From sequence record SRR22947727_820: a stretch of 64,000 bases of DNA. One strand, given 5' to 3'. The translations under genes and the position numbers were made by a program. Numbering within the stretch: the first letter of the stretch is position 1; every line of letters begins with the position of its first letter. The notes beneath the pieces are model-generated. The model was not told the origin of the DNA, made no database searches, and saw nothing but the letters and a program-made list of their open reading frames with translations. Below are positions 60,708-64,000 of the stretch, in pieces.

Positions 60708-61270
60708 AATGGATGTGTTTCTAATTTTTTTTTCAGTTGTTCTTTTGCCCTAGAAAAAGTAGTCCTACAATTGCTGCTACTGATATCTAATAGTTCAGAG
60801 ACCTCCTCATGGGTCAAACCCTCTATAAGGTGTAAGGTCAGTGAAATGCGGTAATTTTCTTTTAAACTGCCTATAGTCTCTAGGACCAATGCGGCTTTTT
60901 TTTCGTTGTCTTTTTGGTTTGTAGCATCGGCCAGAGGCCCAGGAATGCTATAAATTTCTTCTTCTAAACTAATAGTGTCTTGTTTTTTTTGTTTTCTAAA
61001 TGCAACTATCGCTTTGTTAATGACAATTTTTTTTAACCAAGCCCCAAAAGTCACTTGACCGCTGAATTGATCTAGCTTTTTGAACGCACTAATAAAAGCT
61101 TCCTGCATGACGTCTTCTGCTTCATGCGCTTCTTTAACAATACGCCAAGCTACGTTGTACATGGCTTTATGGTACTGCTCGTAAAGCGCGAATTGTGCTT
61201 TGGCGTCTCCATGAAGACAGTCTTTAATCAGGGGCGTAATATGTGTGGGCTCTGGAAGGCTCAAAAACAA
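60692..61270 (-). CDS. ECF RNA polymerase sigma factor
   Basis: AEDVMQEAF, TFGAWLKKIVIN, HEEVSELL...SRAK; TTG start at 61270 or 61264. Confidence 0.95.
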   Translation of the reverse strand: MFLSLPEPTHITPLIKDCLHGDAKAQFALYEQYHKAMYNVAWRIVKEAHEAEDVMQEAFISAFKKLDQFSGQVTFGAWLKKIVINKAIVAFRKQKKQDTISLEEEIYSIPGPLADATNQKDNEKKAALVLETIGSLKENYRISLTLHLIEGLTHEEVSELLDISSSNCRTTFSRAKEQLKKKLETHPLWKHI

Positions 61271-61307
61271 GCTTATTTATTAGTATAGATACAAGTTAGA
61301 CAGAAAT

Positions 61308-61313
61308 GTTACA
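61308..61313 (-). promoter_or_regulatory. Putative ECF -35 element TGTAAC
   Basis: TGTAAC-N16-TATC upstream of the ECF gene. Confidence 0.45.
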
Positions 61314-61337
61314 GTTTCAAATCATTTAATGAGACAA

Positions 61338-61352
61338 TGGCACAGGAATTGT
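61338..61352 (+). promoter_or_regulatory. Putative sigma54-type -24/-12 box upstream of lon
   Basis: TGGCAC-AGGAA-TTGT. Confidence 0.5.
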
Positions 61353-61482
61353 CTATATGATTTCAAATAAAAGCGACTAGATTCCTCAATTCAGGGGCTT
61401 TTAGTCATTTTTAAAGTAGATAAATAATTTTTAAAACCGAAACCGATGTTTGCAAATGACATTATGACGGGTATATAGGGCT

Positions 61483-63933
61483 ATGAGTAATTCGAATTTT
61501 TTACATATTGACAGTATGTCACTACAAGGGATAGATGAAGATGCAGATTTAATTCCTTTAATGACCCCTGAAGATGAAGCAGAAATAAATAATGAATCCC
61601 TTCCTGAATCTTTGCCTATTCTCCCTTTGAGAAATATGGTTTTATTTCCGGGTGTTGTGGTGCCAATCACTGCTGGGAGAGACAAGTCCATTCAATTAAT
61701 AAAAGATGCCAACAATGGAGATAAAGTGATTGGAGTGGTGTCTCAAAAAGACCAAAACACAGAGAATCCAGGCGCTAATGACATTAGTAGAATTGGAACT
61801 GTGGCTAGAATTCTAAGGGTCTTGAAAATGCCCGATGGAAATACTACGGTAATCATCCAAGGGAAAAAGCGTTTTGCTATAAAAGAGGTGGTTTCTGAGG
61901 ATCCCTACATTAAAGCGACTGTTAAGGAAACACCTGAACATAGACCTGAGCCAGAAAACAAAGAGTTTTTGGCCATTATAGATTCTATAAAGGAATTGGC
62001 ATTACAGATCATTAAAAACAATCCAAACCTTCCTTCTGAGGCTTCCTTTGCAATTAAAAATATAGAGAGCAATTCTTTTTTAATCAATTTTGTGTGCTCT
62101 AACCTTTCTGTTTCTCATAAAGAAAAACAAATTTTATTAGAGACGCCTGATTTACAGGAACGTGCTTTAGCCACCTTAAAGTTTATGAATGTTGAAATGC
62201 AAAAGTTGCAATTGAAAAATGACATTCAATCTAAGGTGCGCAATGATTTGGACCAACAGCAGAGAGAGTATTTTTTGCACCAGCAAATGAAAACCATTCA
62301 AGAAGAATTGGGTGGGGTGTCTTATGAAGAGGAAGTGAATGAAATGCTTGCTGCGGCTAAGAAGAAAAAATGGACAGATAAAGTAAGTTTGCATTTTGAC
62401 AAAGAGTTGGGTAAGCTGCAGCGAATGAATCCTCAAGTAGCAGAATACTCTATTCAAAGAAATTATTTAGAACTCTTTTTGGACCTTCCTTGGGACCATT
62501 TTTCAAAAGATGTATTTGACCTGAAACGCGCCCAAAAAATATTAGACAGGGATCATTTTGGTTTAGAAGATGTTAAGAGACGTATTTTAGAACATCTGGC
62601 TGTTTTAAAACTTAGAAACAATATGAAGTCTCCTATCCTCTGTCTATACGGACCTCCAGGGGTGGGTAAAACTTCCTTAGGTAAATCCATAGCAGCCTCT
62701 TTAGGTAGGGAGTATGTCCGTATGTCGCTTGGTGGTCTAAGGGATGAAGCAGAAATTAGAGGGCATAGAAAAACCTATATTGGTGCCATGCCAGGAAGGG
62801 TTTTACAGAGTTTAAAGAAAGCGGGTACTTCTAATCCAGTCTTTGTATTAGATGAGATAGATAAATTGTCTAATTCCCATCAGGGAGACCCATCTTCTGC
62901 TCTTTTAGAGGTATTAGATCCTGAACAAAATGGTGATTTTCACGATAATTTTTTGGAAATGGGTTACGATCTTTCCAAGGTGTTGTTTATTGCCACTGCA
63001 AATAATTTAGGGGCTATTCAGCCTGCTTTATTGGATCGTATGGAGCTCATTAATGTGTCTGGATATACGATTGAAGAAAAAGTAGAAATTGCCAAACGCC
63101 ACTTGTTGCCTAAGCAATTAAAAGAACATGGTGTAACGGCAGATCAAATTAAAATAGGCAAGCCACAATTTGAAAAAATTGTCGCAGGATACACTAGAGA
63201 ATCAGGCGTGAGAAACCTAGACAAGCAATTGGCTAAAATGGTTAGAAACACCGCGAAATCTATTGCTATGGAAGAAGCTTATGAAGTTAAAATTACTCCA
63301 GAGCACATTGAAAAAGTATTGGGTGTACCGAGATTAGAACGCGATAAATATGAAAACAATAAGGTTGCAGGGGTAGTAACTGGTTTGGCATGGACCTCTG
63401 TTGGTGGAGATATTCTGTTTATTGAGTCCATTCTTTCCAAAGGTAAAGGGCTCATGAATATTACCGGTAATTTAGGAAAGGTCATGAAAGAATCTGCTAC
63501 TATAGCCCTAGAGTACATTAAGGCTCATGCGGAGGAATACGGTCTTTCTGACGATATTTTCGAAAAGTACAATGTTCACATTCATGTACCGGAAGGAGCC
63601 ACGCCTAAAGATGGACCAAGTGCAGGGATTACCATGCTTACTTCTTTAGTATCTCTTTTCACGCAGAGAAAAGTAAAATCTCGTTTGGCCATGACAGGAG
63701 AAATTACCCTGAGGGGAAAGGTGTTACCAGTAGGAGGAATTAAAGAGAAAATACTTGCAGCCAAAAGAGCAAATATTAATCAAATTATACTCTGTGAGGA
63801 AAACAGAAAAGACATTGCGGAGATTAAAGAAGCCTATTTAAAAGGTGTGACTTTCCATTATGTGTCTGACATGAGTGAAGTTGTGGCATTGGCATTGACC
63901 AAAGAGCAGGTGGCTGAACCTAAAAAATTGTAA
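61483..63933 (+). CDS. lon: ATP-dependent protease La
   Basis: [37 protein letters not shown]. Confidence 0.99.
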   Translation: MSNSNFLHIDSMSLQGIDEDADLIPLMTPEDEAEINNESLPESLPILPLRNMVLFPGVVVPITAGRDKSIQLIKDANNGDKVIGVVSQKDQNTENPGANDISRIGTVARILRVLKMPDGNTTVIIQGKKRFAIKEVVSEDPYIKATVKETPEHRPEPENKEFLAIIDSIKELALQIIKNNPNLPSEASFAIKNIESNSFLINFVCSNLSVSHKEKQILLETPDLQERALATLKFMNVEMQKLQLKNDIQSKVRNDLDQQQREYFLHQQMKTIQEELGGVSYEEEVNEMLAAAKKKKWTDKVSLHFDKELGKLQRMNPQVAEYSIQRNYLELFLDLPWDHFSKDVFDLKRAQKILDRDHFGLEDVKRRILEHLAVLKLRNNMKSPILCLYGPPGVGKTSLGKSIAASLGREYVRMSLGGLRDEAEIRGHRKTYIGAMPGRVLQSLKKAGTSNPVFVLDEIDKLSNSHQGDPSSALLEVLDPEQNGDFHDNFLEMGYDLSKVLFIATANNLGAIQPALLDRMELINVSGYTIEEKVEIAKRHLLPKQLKEHGVTADQIKIGKPQFEKIVAGYTRESGVRNLDKQLAKMVRNTAKSIAMEEAYEVKITPEHIEKVLGVPRLERDKYENNKVAGVVTGLAWTSVGGDILFIESILSKGKGLMNITGNLGKVMKESATIALEYIKAHAEEYGLSDDIFEKYNVHIHVPEGATPKDGPSAGITMLTSLVSLFTQRKVKSRLAMTGEITLRGKVLPVGGIKEKILAAKRANINQIILCEENRKDIAEIKEAYLKGVTFHYVSDMSEVVALALTKEQVAEPKKL

Positions 63934-63958
63934 ATTTGCAATGATTTAAAACCATTAA

Positions 63959-64000
63959 ATGAAAAAAATAACCATCGCTATAGACGGATTTTCCTCTACT
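63959..64000 (+). CDS. cmk: Cytidylate kinase, 5' fragment running off the window
   Basis: ATG at 63959 reads MKKITIAIDGFSST; TAAATTTG -7 element at 63931-63938; not in the ORF track. Confidence 0.85.
   Translation, partial: MKKITIAIDGFSST

Noticed and set aside
61376..61407. Weak hairpin in the lon leader as an RNA thermometer
   Set aside because: Pairing is short and imperfect, and it lies far from the start codon.

Overview
A gene-dense, AT-rich chromosomal segment from a Bacteroidota bacterium, most likely a marine Flavobacteriaceae. The assignment rests on TAnnTTTG -7 promoter elements, A-rich start regions without Shine-Dalgarno motifs, and Flavobacteria-type SecA, RecQ and YidC. About 57 CDS are supported, mostly core or envelope genes (secA, lptB, tatC, kdsD, recQ, guaA, pyrG, yidC, mnmA, xerD, aroQ, lpdA, lon, 5' end of cmk). 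There are also secreted peptidases and glycosidases, three Msr enzymes, two ECF sigma modules, bshC and a four-gene membrane glycosylation module. I saw no rRNA, tRNA, CRISPR array, transposase or prophage, and no clear-cut new system. The best leads are: (i) sigma54-like -24/-12 boxes with a non-canonical TTG(T/A) -12 element upstream of secA, msrB and lon; (ii) bshC closely followed by a group II PLP decarboxylase; (iii) a PAP2/ArnT/flippase/GT2 module; (iv) signs of streamlining, namely apparent clean loss of T9SS genes at two loci and an internally deleted methyltransferase; (v) non-coding oddities, namely two intergenic tandem repeats, a hairpin over the msrA start and two divergent genes sharing one CATG. 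All product calls come from motif recognition and recalled family knowledge, with no database search.
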